From Omnitrophica WOR_2 bacterium RIFOXYA2_FULL_38_17 (GTDB lineage: Bacteria; Omnitrophota; Gorgyraeia; Zapsychrales; Zapsychraceae): a DNA stretch of 64,000 nucleotides. A program made the position numbers and the translations under genes. Within the stretch, counting starts at the first letter, position 1; each line of letters opens with the position of its first letter. This document shows positions 1-10,197 of this stretch, in pieces. Where the stretch lies: assembly GCA_001805965.1 (NCBI GenBank), contig MHHG01000057.1, positions 85,975 to 149,974 on the forward strand. The letters run 5' to 3'. Under the pieces are notes generated by a model. It was not told the origin of the DNA and searched no databases. It was given only the letters and a program-made list of their open reading frames with translations.

Positions 1-199
1 CAAGACCTGGAGGCCCAGAAAAAAGAATATGTTCAACCGGCTCTTTTCTCTGTTTTGCAGCTTCGATCGATACTTTAAGGTTCCCAATCAGGTCTTTCTG
101 TCCAACGAACTCGCCGATCATCGCTGGACGCAAAGATAAGCTATATACTCTATCTTCTTCAGTTTCCTGATTAAAAACGATTCGCTTCTTTTCTTCCAT
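1..199 (-). CDS. ruvB: Holliday junction branch-migration helicase RuvB (5' part; runs off the window)
   Basis: Not in the ORF track. Manual translation from ATG at 199 gives MEEKKRIVFNQETEEDRVYSLSLRPAMIGEFVGQKDLIGNLKVSIEAAKQRKEPVEHILFSGPPGL, with the RuvB SLRP..EFVGQ motif and the start of Walker A (GPPGLG). Confidence 0.93.
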   Translation of the reverse strand, partial: MEEKKRIVFNQETEEDRVYSLSLRPAMIGEFVGQKDLIGNLKVSIEAAKQRKEPVEHILFSGPPGL

Positions 200-202
200 G
201 GC

Positions 203-958
203 CTATTCTTGTTTTCCTTGATCCTCTGGTACCATATTATCAGTGTTTCTCATGATCTCGATATCTTCAAAAACCCTTTTTTGGATCGCCTTTATCTCTT
301 TAAGCCTTATTAATTCTAAAATAGCCAAGAATGCTACTACCATCTCTATTTTGCTGGCACACTTTGCGAATAAACTGGTAATAGAAACTGACTTCTCATC
401 AAGCAGTAAGTGCAGAATATCATGGATCTTTTGCTCGACAGTAAAGTTCTCTTTGATGATCTCGTGAATTACTTCTTCAGGAACCTTCTTTAAAGCTTCC
501 GATAATGCATTTATAAGGTCAAACAAGCTGGCTTCAAAATATATTTCCTTTGCATCATCTTTAAACTTGTTAATTTCTTGCGGATCAATATTCCTTGCAA
601 ACAAATTCTTACGCATCATCTCTTTATCTTTTAAAGCTTCCGCGATTTCCTTAAATCTCTTGTACTCATTAAGACGCCTGACCAGCTCGTCTCTTGGATC
701 TTCCTCTTCCTCTTCAGTCTCATAAGGATCAGGCGGTAGAAGCATTTTAGATTTTATTTGCATGAGAGTTGCTGCCATTACCAGAAAATCGCCTACTATA
801 TCAAGGTCCAGCAGCTTCATCATATTTATATATTGCATATACTGCTCTGTTATCTGGGAAATAGGAATATTCGTTATATCAATATCGTTCTTTTTTATTA
901 AATAAAGCAGAAGATCTAAAGGGCCTTCGAATATCTCAAGTTTCAATTTATAGCTCAT
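203..958 (-). CDS. scpA: Segregation/condensation protein A (kleisin)
   Basis: N-terminal FEGPLDLLLYLI, FLVMAATL.QIKSKMLLP, C-terminal FLAILEL. Confidence 0.95.
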   Translation of the reverse strand: MSYKLKLEIFEGPLDLLLYLIKKNDIDITNIPISQITEQYMQYINMMKLLDLDIVGDFLVMAATLMQIKSKMLLPPDPYETEEEEEDPRDELVRRLNEYKRFKEIAEALKDKEMMRKNLFARNIDPQEINKFKDDAKEIYFEASLFDLINALSEALKKVPEEVIHEIIKENFTVEQKIHDILHLLLDEKSVSITSLFAKCASKIEMVVAFLAILELIRLKEIKAIQKRVFEDIEIMRNTDNMVPEDQGKQE

Positions 959-1935
959 TTAAATACCGCCTCCTTAACTTCTCGGATAGTCTTTTGCGCT
1001 ATAGCTTGAGCTTTCTTTTTTCCTTCATTTAGAATATCAATAACTTTTTGCTTATTAGCTTCCAACTCAGCTCTTTTATCTTTTATTGGCTTTAGCTTTT
1101 CGATCAAGACCTCAGCTAACTGTTTCTTGCAATCAGTGCAGCCTTTTTGAGCTGTTGTACACCATTTACATACATCTTGTGATTGACCTGATGCAAAAAC
1201 TTGATAGTAACTATATACATTGCATTCTTCGGGGTGGCCGACATCTAAGAGCTTTATCCTTTTGGGGTCCGTGATCATGCTTTTTACTTTCTTTAATATC
1301 ACATCATCGGCGTCTGAAAGATTAATAGCATTATTGTAGCTCTTACTCATCTTACGGCCATCAGTTCCCAGTAAGCGCGGCGTTTCTGTCAAAATAGCTT
1401 CACAATCGCCAAAAAGATCCGTTTTAAAAATATTATTGAATCTTCTGGATATTTCTCTCGTTAATTCAAGATGAGGCAATTGATCCTCGCCAATGGGAAC
1501 GGCATTTGCCTTGTAAAGCAATATATCTGCTGCCTGTAGAACTGGATAGCCCAAAAATCCATAGGTTTGTAGATCTCTTGTTTTTATTTCGCGCAGCTGC
1601 TCCTTATAGGTTGGATTCCTTTCGAGCCAGCCTAAGGGCGTAATACATGATAATATCATCTGTAACTCTAAGTGCTCATGAACATGTGATTGAACATACA
1701 CTATAGATCTTTCAGGATCAATACCACACGCTATCCAATCGATCGCCATATCAATAATATTTTCTTTTATTGAATAGCTATCCTCATACTCACCCATCAA
1801 TGCATGCCAATCAACTATTCCGAACGTACACGCATGATCTTCCTGTAAAACAATCCAATTTTTTAAAGCCCCTACTAAATGACCCAAATGTAGCTTACCT
1901 GTCGGGCGCATGCCGCTAAAAACTGTTTTTTTCAT
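955..1935 (-). CDS. trpS: Tryptophan--tRNA ligase
   Basis: SGMRPTGKLHLGH (HIGH motif), GYPVLQAADIL, VPIGEDQLPH, KMSKS. Confidence 0.97.
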   Translation of the reverse strand: MKKTVFSGMRPTGKLHLGHLVGALKNWIVLQEDHACTFGIVDWHALMGEYEDSYSIKENIIDMAIDWIACGIDPERSIVYVQSHVHEHLELQMILSCITPLGWLERNPTYKEQLREIKTRDLQTYGFLGYPVLQAADILLYKANAVPIGEDQLPHLELTREISRRFNNIFKTDLFGDCEAILTETPRLLGTDGRKMSKSYNNAINLSDADDVILKKVKSMITDPKRIKLLDVGHPEECNVYSYYQVFASGQSQDVCKWCTTAQKGCTDCKKQLAEVLIEKLKPIKDKRAELEANKQKVIDILNEGKKKAQAIAQKTIREVKEAVFK

Positions 1936-1966
1936 AAAACCCCTATTTGGTCAAAGCTGCTATCAT

Positions 1967-4483
1967 TTATAATTTTTGGGCAATTGTTTCAATATCATAT
2001 GCTTCAATAATATCGCCCGCCTTTATCTGATTAAAGCCATCCACAGTGATTCCGCACTCCATTCCTTCAGTAACTTCTCTGACATCATCTTTGAATCTTT
2101 TCAGAGAGCCTATCTTCCCGGAGAAAACGATCTCACTGTCCCGAATCACATCAACATTAGCTTTTCTCAGTACCTTGCCCTTTATAACATAGCATCCAGC
2201 AACAATGCCCTGTTTTGAAAGCTTAAAAACTTCCCTTATCTCTATCCTGCATAAGAATTTTTTTATCTTTTTAGCTTCTAGCAGACCTTCCAATGCACTG
2301 CGCACTTCATTAACAGCGTCATATATTATCCTGTATTGGCGGACATCAACATGTTCTTTTTCAAGCTCTTGCTTTGCCCTCACATCAATACCTACATGAA
2401 AAGCTATGATGATCGCATCAGATGCAACTGCAAGAACAACATCAGAAGTGTTCACTTCGCCCACTCCGGTATGAATGAACTTTACTTTTACTTTTTCGCT
2501 TGGTATCTTTGCCAAAGAATCACGCAAAGCTTCTAGAGAGCCCTGCACATCAGATTTCAAAATAACACTAAGCTCTTTTACTGCACCTTCCTGTATCTGC
2601 GAGTAAAGATCCTCCAATGTAATTCTTTGTTTGGCATTTAATCTCTTTTGCTTGACCAGCTCTTGCTTTCTTGAAGAAATATCTTTAGCCTGCTTTTCAT
2701 CCTCAACAACATAGAACCTTTCACCAGCTTCAGGGACATCTGAAAGTCCGAGGATCTCAACAGGCATTGATGGACCGGCTTCTTTAATTGGCTTGTGCCT
2801 ATCATTAAACATTGCCTTAACCTTTCCATAAAAAGGTCCGACAACCAAAAAATCACCATCATTAAGCGTACCACTTTGAACAATAAGAGAAGTGACTGCT
2901 CCTTTTCCTTGGCTCATATGTGCTTCAACTACAATTCCAGATGCCTTCTTTTTAGCATTTGCCTTCAACTCAAGCATCTCTGCTTCAAGAAGAACCATTT
3001 CAAGCAAATTATCAACACCATCACCTGTAAGACCTGAAACACCAGCGACAATAGTCTTTCCTCCCCAATCTTCTGCCAAAAGATCTAATTCCGACAATTG
3101 TTTTTTAACCCGATCAGGATCTGCATTCTTTTTGTCCATTTTGGTCAATGCGACAACAATTGGAACTCCCGCTGCTCTAGCATGATCAATGGCTTCTTTT
3201 GTTTGAAGCATAATGCCTTCATCAGCTGCTACAACAAGAATAATAATATCAGTAATATGCGCCCCTCTTGCACGCATTGCTGTAAAAGCTTCATGGCCAG
3301 GCGTATCAAGCAATGTAATCCTGCCTTTTGGCATCTCAACAGAATAAGCATCCATATGCTGAGTGATGCCGCCATGCTCCTGGTCAACAAGCTTGCTCTT
3401 CCTTATTTTATCAACTAATGTTGTCTTTCCATGGTCAACATGCCCCATGAAAGTAATAACGGGTGCCCTCCTGGTCAATAATTTAGGATCTTCTTCCTCT
3501 TCCTGATGAATTTCTATCAACTGTTCTTCCTGTGTTTTAATAGCGGCAAGCCTATATCCAAATTCCAGAGCAATCTTTTCGACTATTTCTCCTTCTAAGC
3601 TCAAATTTATATGAGCAAAAACTCCAAGCTTCATTAAATATTTTAAGACCATACTTGGCTTTTGCTGTACCTTAACACTAATATCCTTAACTGTAATAGG
3701 AACCCTGACTTCAATTTCAGGCATATCTTCAATATTTCTTACCGGAGTTTCTAAAAGCTCCGAAGAGGTATTTTGATTATGATCGGTTTCTTGATCAGCA
3801 ACTAAACCAATATCTTGATAATGCTCTTCTTCTGATCTATCACCATCTTTTCTTATAGCTGAGCGTTTCTTCTTCTTTAAAAGCGGTTTTAAAGTAATTA
3901 AAGGTTCTTTGCTTATCTTGGACCTTTGCTTTGTTAAACTTTTAGTAATACCCGTGCTAACCTCATCTTCATCAGCCTCAAAGCTCTTATCCTTTTTTAT
4001 TTTTACGCTAACTTTCTTTACTTTGACTTTTTGAACTTCTTTATCCCTAGCCTGAACTTTTATTTCAGTTTTCTTTTTAATAATTTCTTCTTTGACATCT
4101 TCCTTAACTTTCGATTCTTTCTTTTTTTCTACTTCCTTTACTTCTTTACCTTCCTGCACTTCCTTCTTAACTTCTTGCACTTCTTTCTTAACTTCCTGCT
4201 CTTCCCTATTGACTTCCTGCTCTTCCTTCTTAACTACCTTTTTCTTAATTTCTTTTTCAGTCTTCTTTACAACTTTCTTCTTAGGAGTTTTAGCAACTTT
4301 CTCTACTTTTTCTTTCTTAGTAGCTTGCTTCTTTTCAACCACAAATTCACTTTTTATAACAGAAGCAACCGCAGAGTTTAATTCCTGATCACCATCTTTC
4401 GCCTTTAATCTAAGCGCTCTCAATTTATCAAGAATTTCTTCAACGGAAACCCCAACTTTTTCTGCTAATTCAGATACTTTCAT
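1967..4483 (-). CDS. infB: Translation initiation factor IF-2
   Basis: [48 protein letters not shown]; long K/E-rich N-terminus. Confidence 0.97.
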   Translation of the reverse strand: MKVSELAEKVGVSVEEILDKLRALRLKAKDGDQELNSAVASVIKSEFVVEKKQATKKEKVEKVAKTPKKKVVKKTEKEIKKKVVKKEEQEVNREEQEVKKEVQEVKKEVQEGKEVKEVEKKKESKVKEDVKEEIIKKKTEIKVQARDKEVQKVKVKKVSVKIKKDKSFEADEDEVSTGITKSLTKQRSKISKEPLITLKPLLKKKKRSAIRKDGDRSEEEHYQDIGLVADQETDHNQNTSSELLETPVRNIEDMPEIEVRVPITVKDISVKVQQKPSMVLKYLMKLGVFAHINLSLEGEIVEKIALEFGYRLAAIKTQEEQLIEIHQEEEEDPKLLTRRAPVITFMGHVDHGKTTLVDKIRKSKLVDQEHGGITQHMDAYSVEMPKGRITLLDTPGHEAFTAMRARGAHITDIIILVVAADEGIMLQTKEAIDHARAAGVPIVVALTKMDKKNADPDRVKKQLSELDLLAEDWGGKTIVAGVSGLTGDGVDNLLEMVLLEAEMLELKANAKKKASGIVVEAHMSQGKGAVTSLIVQSGTLNDGDFLVVGPFYGKVKAMFNDRHKPIKEAGPSMPVEILGLSDVPEAGERFYVVEDEKQAKDISSRKQELVKQKRLNAKQRITLEDLYSQIQEGAVKELSVILKSDVQGSLEALRDSLAKIPSEKVKVKFIHTGVGEVNTSDVVLAVASDAIIIAFHVGIDVRAKQELEKEHVDVRQYRIIYDAVNEVRSALEGLLEAKKIKKFLCRIEIREVFKLSKQGIVAGCYVIKGKVLRKANVDVIRDSEIVFSGKIGSLKRFKDDVREVTEGMECGITVDGFNQIKAGDIIEAYDIETIAQKL
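4151..4234. repeat. 4 x 21-bp imperfect tandem repeat inside infB (heptad VKKE[V/E]QE)
   Basis: Units on + strand: ttcctgcacttccttcttaac / ttcttgcacttctttcttaac / ttcctgctcttccctattgac / ttcctgctcttccttcttaac. Confidence 0.85.
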
Positions 4484-4502
4484 ATACTAAAATTCCTCTC
4501 GA

Positions 4503-5717
4503 CTACTCACATTGTTCTAATAAAGTTTTTGCTTCACTAATCAATTTTTCTGCTTTGGTTTTTCCTAAGCCTTTAACTTTCATAAGTTCTTCAGGTGTAG
4601 CATCGGCGATCTTATCAAGAGTATCAAATGCTGCTTCCTGTAACTGATCTATCATTTTCTTGCCAACACCTGGAAGATCAGCAATAGTAATTTCTTCAAT
4701 TTCTTCCTTAACGCCATTTTTTTCAATTGGTGCCATAACTTCAGCAGCATCTTCACCTTCCTCTTGCATTTGATTCCATTGATCCATTGAGAACAGGTTT
4801 AATTCCCAGCCTACGAGCTTACTTGCCAATCTCACGTTTTGCCCTCGCTTTCCAATTGCTAAAGACAATTGGTCATCAGCTACTATTATATTCGCCTTCT
4901 TATCTTCAAAATCAAGCTGTATCTGAGAGATCTCAGCAGGGGAAAGAGCTGCCTGAACATACTCCTTAATATCAGAAGAATAACGCACTATATCGATCTT
5001 TTCGCCATGAAGCTCAGTAACAATATTCTTTACTCTGGATCCTCTCATGCCAACACAAGCCCCGACACAGTCAACTTTTTCGTCTTTCGAATAAACAGAT
5101 ATCTTTGTGCGCTCACCAACATTCCTCGATATTGATTTAATTTCAACAATGCCTTCATAAATTTCAGGCACCTCCAGTTCAAATAATCTTTTAACAAAAT
5201 TCGGATGGGCCCTGGAAAGAACAACTTGCGGACCACGGTTCTCCTTTTTAACATCTAGGACATAAGCCCGTATCCTGTCTCCTTGCCTGAACTCTTCTTT
5301 AGGAGACTGCTCTTTTTTCGGAATATAAGCTTCTGTTTTCCCCAAGTCTATTATTATATTGCCCTTTTCAAACCTATATACACCTCCGCTAATGATCTCC
5401 CCGACCCTTGCACAATATTCAGTAAAAACCACATCTTTCTCTGCTTCCCTGATTTTCTGAATAATAACTTGTTTTGCCGTCTGAGCAGCTATACGCCCAA
5501 ATTCACTTGAACGTATTTCCTCATTCCCGACATAAGCAGTTATAGTGCCTGTTTTAGCGTCCAGAACCGCTCTAATTTCTTCTTCTTTATCCACCGTCCA
5601 TAATTTTTTTGCAGCGGATGCAACTGCTGCCTCAACAGCTTCAATAAGTATTTTCTTATCAATGCCCTTATCTCTTTCTAATTGCTCCAAGATTCCTATC
5701 AAATCACCACTTTCCAT
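4503..5717 (-). CDS. nusA: Transcription termination/antitermination factor NusA with C-terminal helix-hairpin-helix domain
   Basis: FGRIAAQTAKQVI.QKIREAE, S1 and KH motifs (GACVGMRGSRV, LSLAIGKRGQNVRLA), C-terminal LPGVGKK and VKGLGKTKA. Confidence 0.97.
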   Translation of the reverse strand: MESGDLIGILEQLERDKGIDKKILIEAVEAAVASAAKKLWTVDKEEEIRAVLDAKTGTITAYVGNEEIRSSEFGRIAAQTAKQVIIQKIREAEKDVVFTEYCARVGEIISGGVYRFEKGNIIIDLGKTEAYIPKKEQSPKEEFRQGDRIRAYVLDVKKENRGPQVVLSRAHPNFVKRLFELEVPEIYEGIVEIKSISRNVGERTKISVYSKDEKVDCVGACVGMRGSRVKNIVTELHGEKIDIVRYSSDIKEYVQAALSPAEISQIQLDFEDKKANIIVADDQLSLAIGKRGQNVRLASKLVGWELNLFSMDQWNQMQEEGEDAAEVMAPIEKNGVKEEIEEITIADLPGVGKKMIDQLQEAAFDTLDKIADATPEELMKVKGLGKTKAEKLISEAKTLLEQCE

Positions 5718-5742
5718 TATTTTTTACCCTTCCTATACTTTT

Positions 5743-6198
5743 CTATATAATTTGAACTGCTTTATTAATTGTTTCGTACAGAATAACTAACTCCTCTGAC
5801 TTAACCTTGATTTTTACTTCATTATCAAAAACTTCAGATACTATCCCAGAATGTTCAAGCTTTCCTTGAAGTTTTTCATTAAGAAAGAACCTGACATCCC
5901 TTCCCATAACCCTCATGAAATCCCTTTTGTCTTTAAGCGGCCTGTCCACACCAGGTGAAAAAACATTAACTGCATAACCTGACCCGACAATCTCAAGCTC
6001 TTCAAGATTCCTTGATACTTCCCTGTTTATGTAAGCACACTCATCGCTATTAATTCCGCCATTAACTTTATCTGCAATGATCTCAATAACAGTTATATTA
6101 TTCTGTTTATAAACCTTAAGCTCAACAATATCAGCATTAATCTCACCTAATATAGGCCTAGCGATATCCTCGATACATCGCTTTAGATCTTCAAACAT
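5743..6198 (-). CDS. rimP: Ribosome maturation factor RimP
   Basis: GGINSDECA..., V.SPGVDRPL; directly upstream of nusA. Confidence 0.92.
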   Translation of the reverse strand: MFEDLKRCIEDIARPILGEINADIVELKVYKQNNITVIEIIADKVNGGINSDECAYINREVSRNLEELEIVGSGYAVNVFSPGVDRPLKDKRDFMRVMGRDVRFFLNEKLQGKLEHSGIVSEVFDNEVKIKVKSEELVILYETINKAVQII

Positions 6199-7460
6199 TA
6201 TTTCAATAACTCCTGCACTTTACTTGTCAGATCTTCCTTTGGGACTAATATTACTTCTCCGGTTTTTCGAACCTTTATCTCAACATTTCCATTAGCTAAA
6301 TTACGCTTGCCAATAGTAACACGCAACGGCAGCCCTATAAGGTCAGCATCATTGAACTTTCTTCCTGCAGTTTCTTCTCTATCGTCAACCAAGACATCAA
6401 ATCCTTGGCTTTTCAATTCTGCATAGTATTTGTTAGCCAGCTCCACTATTTCTGCTGCATTATCCCCGCTACCTATTGGAAGGATTTCTATTTGAAACGG
6501 AGCAACCTCTTTGGGCCAGATAATGCCATTTTCATCGTTATGCTTTTCAATAATAGCTGCGATCGTCCTGCTTACGCCTATACCATAACAGCCCATAATA
6601 ATAGGTTTCTGTTTTCCATCCTCATCTAAAAATAAAGCTTGTTGGGCTGCGCTATATTTTGTTCCAAGCTGAAAAATATGGCCTAATTCAATTGCTACTT
6701 GCTTTTTTAATTTTATCTCATTACATTCAGGACAGCTAATGTTATCAGAGCCATCCTGACTTACACCACCTTGATAACCACAAGCTTCGCAAGTTACTAC
6801 AGCATCTTCTCCAATGAGTGCCGGCACCATAAACTCATGAGAGATATCCCCGCCCATCGCACCTGAATCAGCAGCAACAATAACGACATCCAGGTCAAGT
6901 CGCTTGAATATCTTTTTGTAAGCCTGATACATCTTTTCATAATTGACCTTCATTCCCGCTTCATCACGATCAAAACTATAAGCATCCTTCATTATAAATT
7001 CACATGCCCTGACAATCCCGAAACGTGTCCTGATCTCATCCCTGAATTTTGTCTGTATTTGATACAAAACCTTTGGAAGCTGCCTGTATGACTGAACAAA
7101 ATTCTTAACCAGGTCAGTAATGGCTTCTTCATGTGTCGGCCCCAAACACATTTCCTTGCCTTTATTATCTTTAAATCTTATCATTACTTCAGACAGAACC
7201 TCATCTCTTTTGGTTTGCTTCCATAGTTCAATTGGCTGCAAACATGGCAGGAATAGCTCTCTTGCACCTGCTTCCTCCATTTCTTCCCGGATAATATTCT
7301 CGATATTTCTAAGAACCTTAAGACCAAAAGGCAAATAAGAATAAACTCCCGATGTTAACATGTGAACTAAACCGGCTCTCAAGGACAATTGATGGCTTAT
7401 TGCTTCTGTTCCGACAGGAACTTCCTTTAAAGTAGGAATAAAATATTTTGACCAATACAT
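6198..7460 (-). CDS. proS: Proline--tRNA ligase, short form without the INS editing domain
   Basis: LGPTHEE, YQIQTKFRDEIR.RFG, EFIMKDAYSF, IELGHIFQLGTKYS, MGCYGIGVSR; 420 aa. Confidence 0.96.
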   Translation of the reverse strand: MYWSKYFIPTLKEVPVGTEAISHQLSLRAGLVHMLTSGVYSYLPFGLKVLRNIENIIREEMEEAGARELFLPCLQPIELWKQTKRDEVLSEVMIRFKDNKGKEMCLGPTHEEAITDLVKNFVQSYRQLPKVLYQIQTKFRDEIRTRFGIVRACEFIMKDAYSFDRDEAGMKVNYEKMYQAYKKIFKRLDLDVVIVAADSGAMGGDISHEFMVPALIGEDAVVTCEACGYQGGVSQDGSDNISCPECNEIKLKKQVAIELGHIFQLGTKYSAAQQALFLDEDGKQKPIIMGCYGIGVSRTIAAIIEKHNDENGIIWPKEVAPFQIEILPIGSGDNAAEIVELANKYYAELKSQGFDVLVDDREETAGRKFNDADLIGLPLRVTIGKRNLANGNVEIKVRKTGEVILVPKEDLTSKVQELLK

Positions 7461-7484
7461 TGCAAATCTCTTTCTAATTAAAAA

Positions 7485-8753
7485 TTATTCTTTAAAAAAT
7501 CCTTGTGGTAGAGATATTCTTCTTTTCTCAAATTTAAAATAAAATGAAGGCTTCCTTCTGTCAAACTCCCACTCACCAATGATCTGACCATCTTCAGTTA
7601 TCGATTTTTCAACAAATTTAAACATATCTCTCATTTTAATCTCTTTTGTGTTTTCATCCAATGAAACATCAGTAAGACAAGTTACTCTTCTTTTCCCATC
7701 CATGAAAAGCTCTACGTGTATTATGACATCAATAGCATTTGCAATTTGAGCTTGAAATTCTTGAGTTGTGATAGGTATTCCCGTCATAATCATCATTGTC
7801 ACAAGCCTGTTAAAACAATCCTCTGGCGTTTCCGCGTGTACTATAGCTAGCGAACCGCTGTGGCCGCTAATGATAGCCTGGATCATATCAAGGGCTTCCC
7901 CTCCTCTAAGCTCTCCGACAATGATCCTGTCAGGCCGCATACGAAGAGAGTTAACAAAAAGGTCCCTCATTGTGATCTCACCTTTACCTTCAACGTTAGC
8001 AGACTTTGAGCATAAAGAAACAACATGTTTTTGGTGCAATCTCAACTCAGCAGTATCTTCTATAGTAATAATTCTTTCACCTTCAGGAATATGAGTAGAA
8101 AAAACATTCATCAATGTTGTTTTACCTGCTCCTGTTGACCCGCAAAAAACCACGTTCAGTTTTGCTTTCATTGCTCCAATTAAAAATGTAGCAATATTAT
8201 CATCCAATTCTCCAAGCCTGATCAAATCCTCAACAACACTGATCTGATCACTGAATTTTCTTATAGTTACTACTGGCCCTATCATAGAACAAGGAGGCAA
8301 AATAATATTTGCACGCGAACCATCAGGTAGAGAAAGATCAGCATATGGACAAGACTCATCAACTCTTTTTGAAGTTCCTGAACCCGCCAATATTTTCTGG
8401 ATAGTATGTGAAAGGCTCTGGTTAGACTCAAACTTTATGTCTGTTAATATCATCTTGCCAGCTCTTTGCACATATACCTTTTCTGCTCCATTTACCATTA
8501 TCTCTGTTACTGTTGGATCATCCATCAAAGGCTGTAATACCCCCATGCTAACAACCGCGCTGACAAGATCTCGAATGATCTTTTGTCTCTGCTCAAGAGT
8601 CGCCTCGATTTTTTGCTCTCTACATATTTGGACAATAGCTTTATCAACAAAATTCCTAAGCTCATCATCCGCCATCTTATCTTTTTGCCTAAGAAAATCT
8701 GTCTCTTTAATAATGTAAGAGTGTACTATTTGTTTCAAATCTTCAGTTGACAT
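7485..8753 (-). CDS. TadA/CpaF-family (VirB11-like) pilus assembly ATPase
   Basis: EIMVNG, TIRKF, Walker A GSTGAGKTT, Asp box TIEDTAEL, LRMRPDRIIVGE, His box GH.G...VHA. Confidence 0.9.
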   Translation of the reverse strand: MSTEDLKQIVHSYIIKETDFLRQKDKMADDELRNFVDKAIVQICREQKIEATLEQRQKIIRDLVSAVVSMGVLQPLMDDPTVTEIMVNGAEKVYVQRAGKMILTDIKFESNQSLSHTIQKILAGSGTSKRVDESCPYADLSLPDGSRANIILPPCSMIGPVVTIRKFSDQISVVEDLIRLGELDDNIATFLIGAMKAKLNVVFCGSTGAGKTTLMNVFSTHIPEGERIITIEDTAELRLHQKHVVSLCSKSANVEGKGEITMRDLFVNSLRMRPDRIIVGELRGGEALDMIQAIISGHSGSLAIVHAETPEDCFNRLVTMMIMTGIPITTQEFQAQIANAIDVIIHVELFMDGKRRVTCLTDVSLDENTKEIKMRDMFKFVEKSITEDGQIIGEWEFDRRKPSFYFKFEKRRISLPQGFFKE

Positions 8754-8796
8754 TTTTTTCTCCAGTTTTCTTTCAAATATTCTTTATATAAACATT

Positions 8797-10197
8797 TTAA
8801 AACTTAAATAAGCTCAGCATTTTACCAAAAATCTTCTGTATGCCTTCTATCCATCCCTGGCGTGAAAAATCACTATAAAAGACAAACAAGGCCAAAAATA
8901 TAATTAATGTAAAACCCACTTTAGCAATAATTTCATCTGTTTTCTCAGACAGAGGTTTTCCTCTAACCTTCTCTATTCCAAGAAACAATAAATGCCCACC
9001 GTCAAGGGGCACAACAGGCAAAAGATTAAATATTGCAAGGCTTGCGCTAATAACCCCAAGAATAAATAGTAAATGTGATAATCCCATTCTTGCTGCTTCT
9101 TTTATGACATAAAAAATACCTACTGGGCCAGTAACTGATTCTTTTGCTGATATTGCCCCGGTGATCATATAATAAATAGATTTATATGTTGTAACTGTAA
9201 TAAAGACCAATTCTTCAAATGCAAATCTAACTGAATTAACGAGTCCAAATCTAAAAGAATCAAATTCCCCTAAAGGAGAAATTCCGACAATTCGCCTCTC
9301 AACAGTTTCACCAGATTCATTTTTCATAGCTTCTATTTTAGGTCCTATTTCAACCGTCATTTCTTTTTCATCTCTTATAAACCTGACTTGAATAATCTCT
9401 CCAGTTGATTTTAATATACTATTGTAAATATCTTCCCAATCAAATATCATATTAGAATCAATTTGGATAATTTTATCACCCTCGCGCAGGCCAGCCTTGT
9501 AAGCAGGATAATCCTCTCTTACATCACCAATCTTATTTGGCATCAAGCTTATCCCAATATCACGAACACTGCGATTTTCACCCAAAATATTTTGCTCACT
9601 AGTGACCGTCGGCTCAACATAAGCATCAATCTTTTGTTCATTTCTAACGACACTGATGAGAATGCGTTTGTCCGTACTTCCTTCAAGGCGAGTCCTTAAA
9701 TTGTTTAATCCGTATACTTTTGTTGAATCAACTTCAATTATTTTATCTCCTACCATTAATCCCGCTTTATGAGCAGGTCCATTAATTTCAATTTTTGTAA
9801 TTTTTGTCGAGCCTCCAGGATAGCCTAATAAAAAAACACAAACAAGACACAAATAGGCAAATATAAAATTAACAACAGGACCATTTAGGATAACAAGCGC
9901 TCTTTTGCCAGGAGGCTGAGAATAAAATTCTTTAGCGTCTCCTGTACATTCCGATCGTTCATCTCCCATCATCTTCACATAGCCGCCTAATGGAATAAGA
10001 CAAAGCAAGAATTCCGTACCATTAAAAACCTTTGAAAACAACTTAGGGCCAAAGCCCAGTGAAAATCTCTCAACTCCTATTCCTGCCCTTTTTGCAGTAA
10101 TATAATGTCCCCATTCGTGAACTACTATTAAAATGCTCAAAACTACGGCAAAAATTCCGACGCTCTTTATATTAGCAATTAGCTGTTCGATAATCAT
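8797..10197 (-). CDS. rseP: RIP metalloprotease RseP with two PDZ domains
   Basis: HEWGH, FSLGFGP, IPLGGYVKM, GPVVN, FNLLPVVPLDGGH; two PA.KAGL..GD PDZ repeats. Confidence 0.95.
   Translation of the reverse strand: MIIEQLIANIKSVGIFAVVLSILIVVHEWGHYITAKRAGIGVERFSLGFGPKLFSKVFNGTEFLLCLIPLGGYVKMMGDERSECTGDAKEFYSQPPGKRALVILNGPVVNFIFAYLCLVCVFLLGYPGGSTKITKIEINGPAHKAGLMVGDKIIEVDSTKVYGLNNLRTRLEGSTDKRILISVVRNEQKIDAYVEPTVTSEQNILGENRSVRDIGISLMPNKIGDVREDYPAYKAGLREGDKIIQIDSNMIFDWEDIYNSILKSTGEIIQVRFIRDEKEMTVEIGPKIEAMKNESGETVERRIVGISPLGEFDSFRFGLVNSVRFAFEELVFITVTTYKSIYYMITGAISAKESVTGPVGIFYVIKEAARMGLSHLLFILGVISASLAIFNLLPVVPLDGGHLLFLGIEKVRGKPLSEKTDEIIAKVGFTLIIFLALFVFYSDFSRQGWIEGIQKIFGKMLSLFKF

Noticed and set aside
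4031-4388. Plus-strand F/L/S-rich ORFs of 116 and 98 aa
   Set aside because: Antisense shadows of the K/E-rich IF2 linker.
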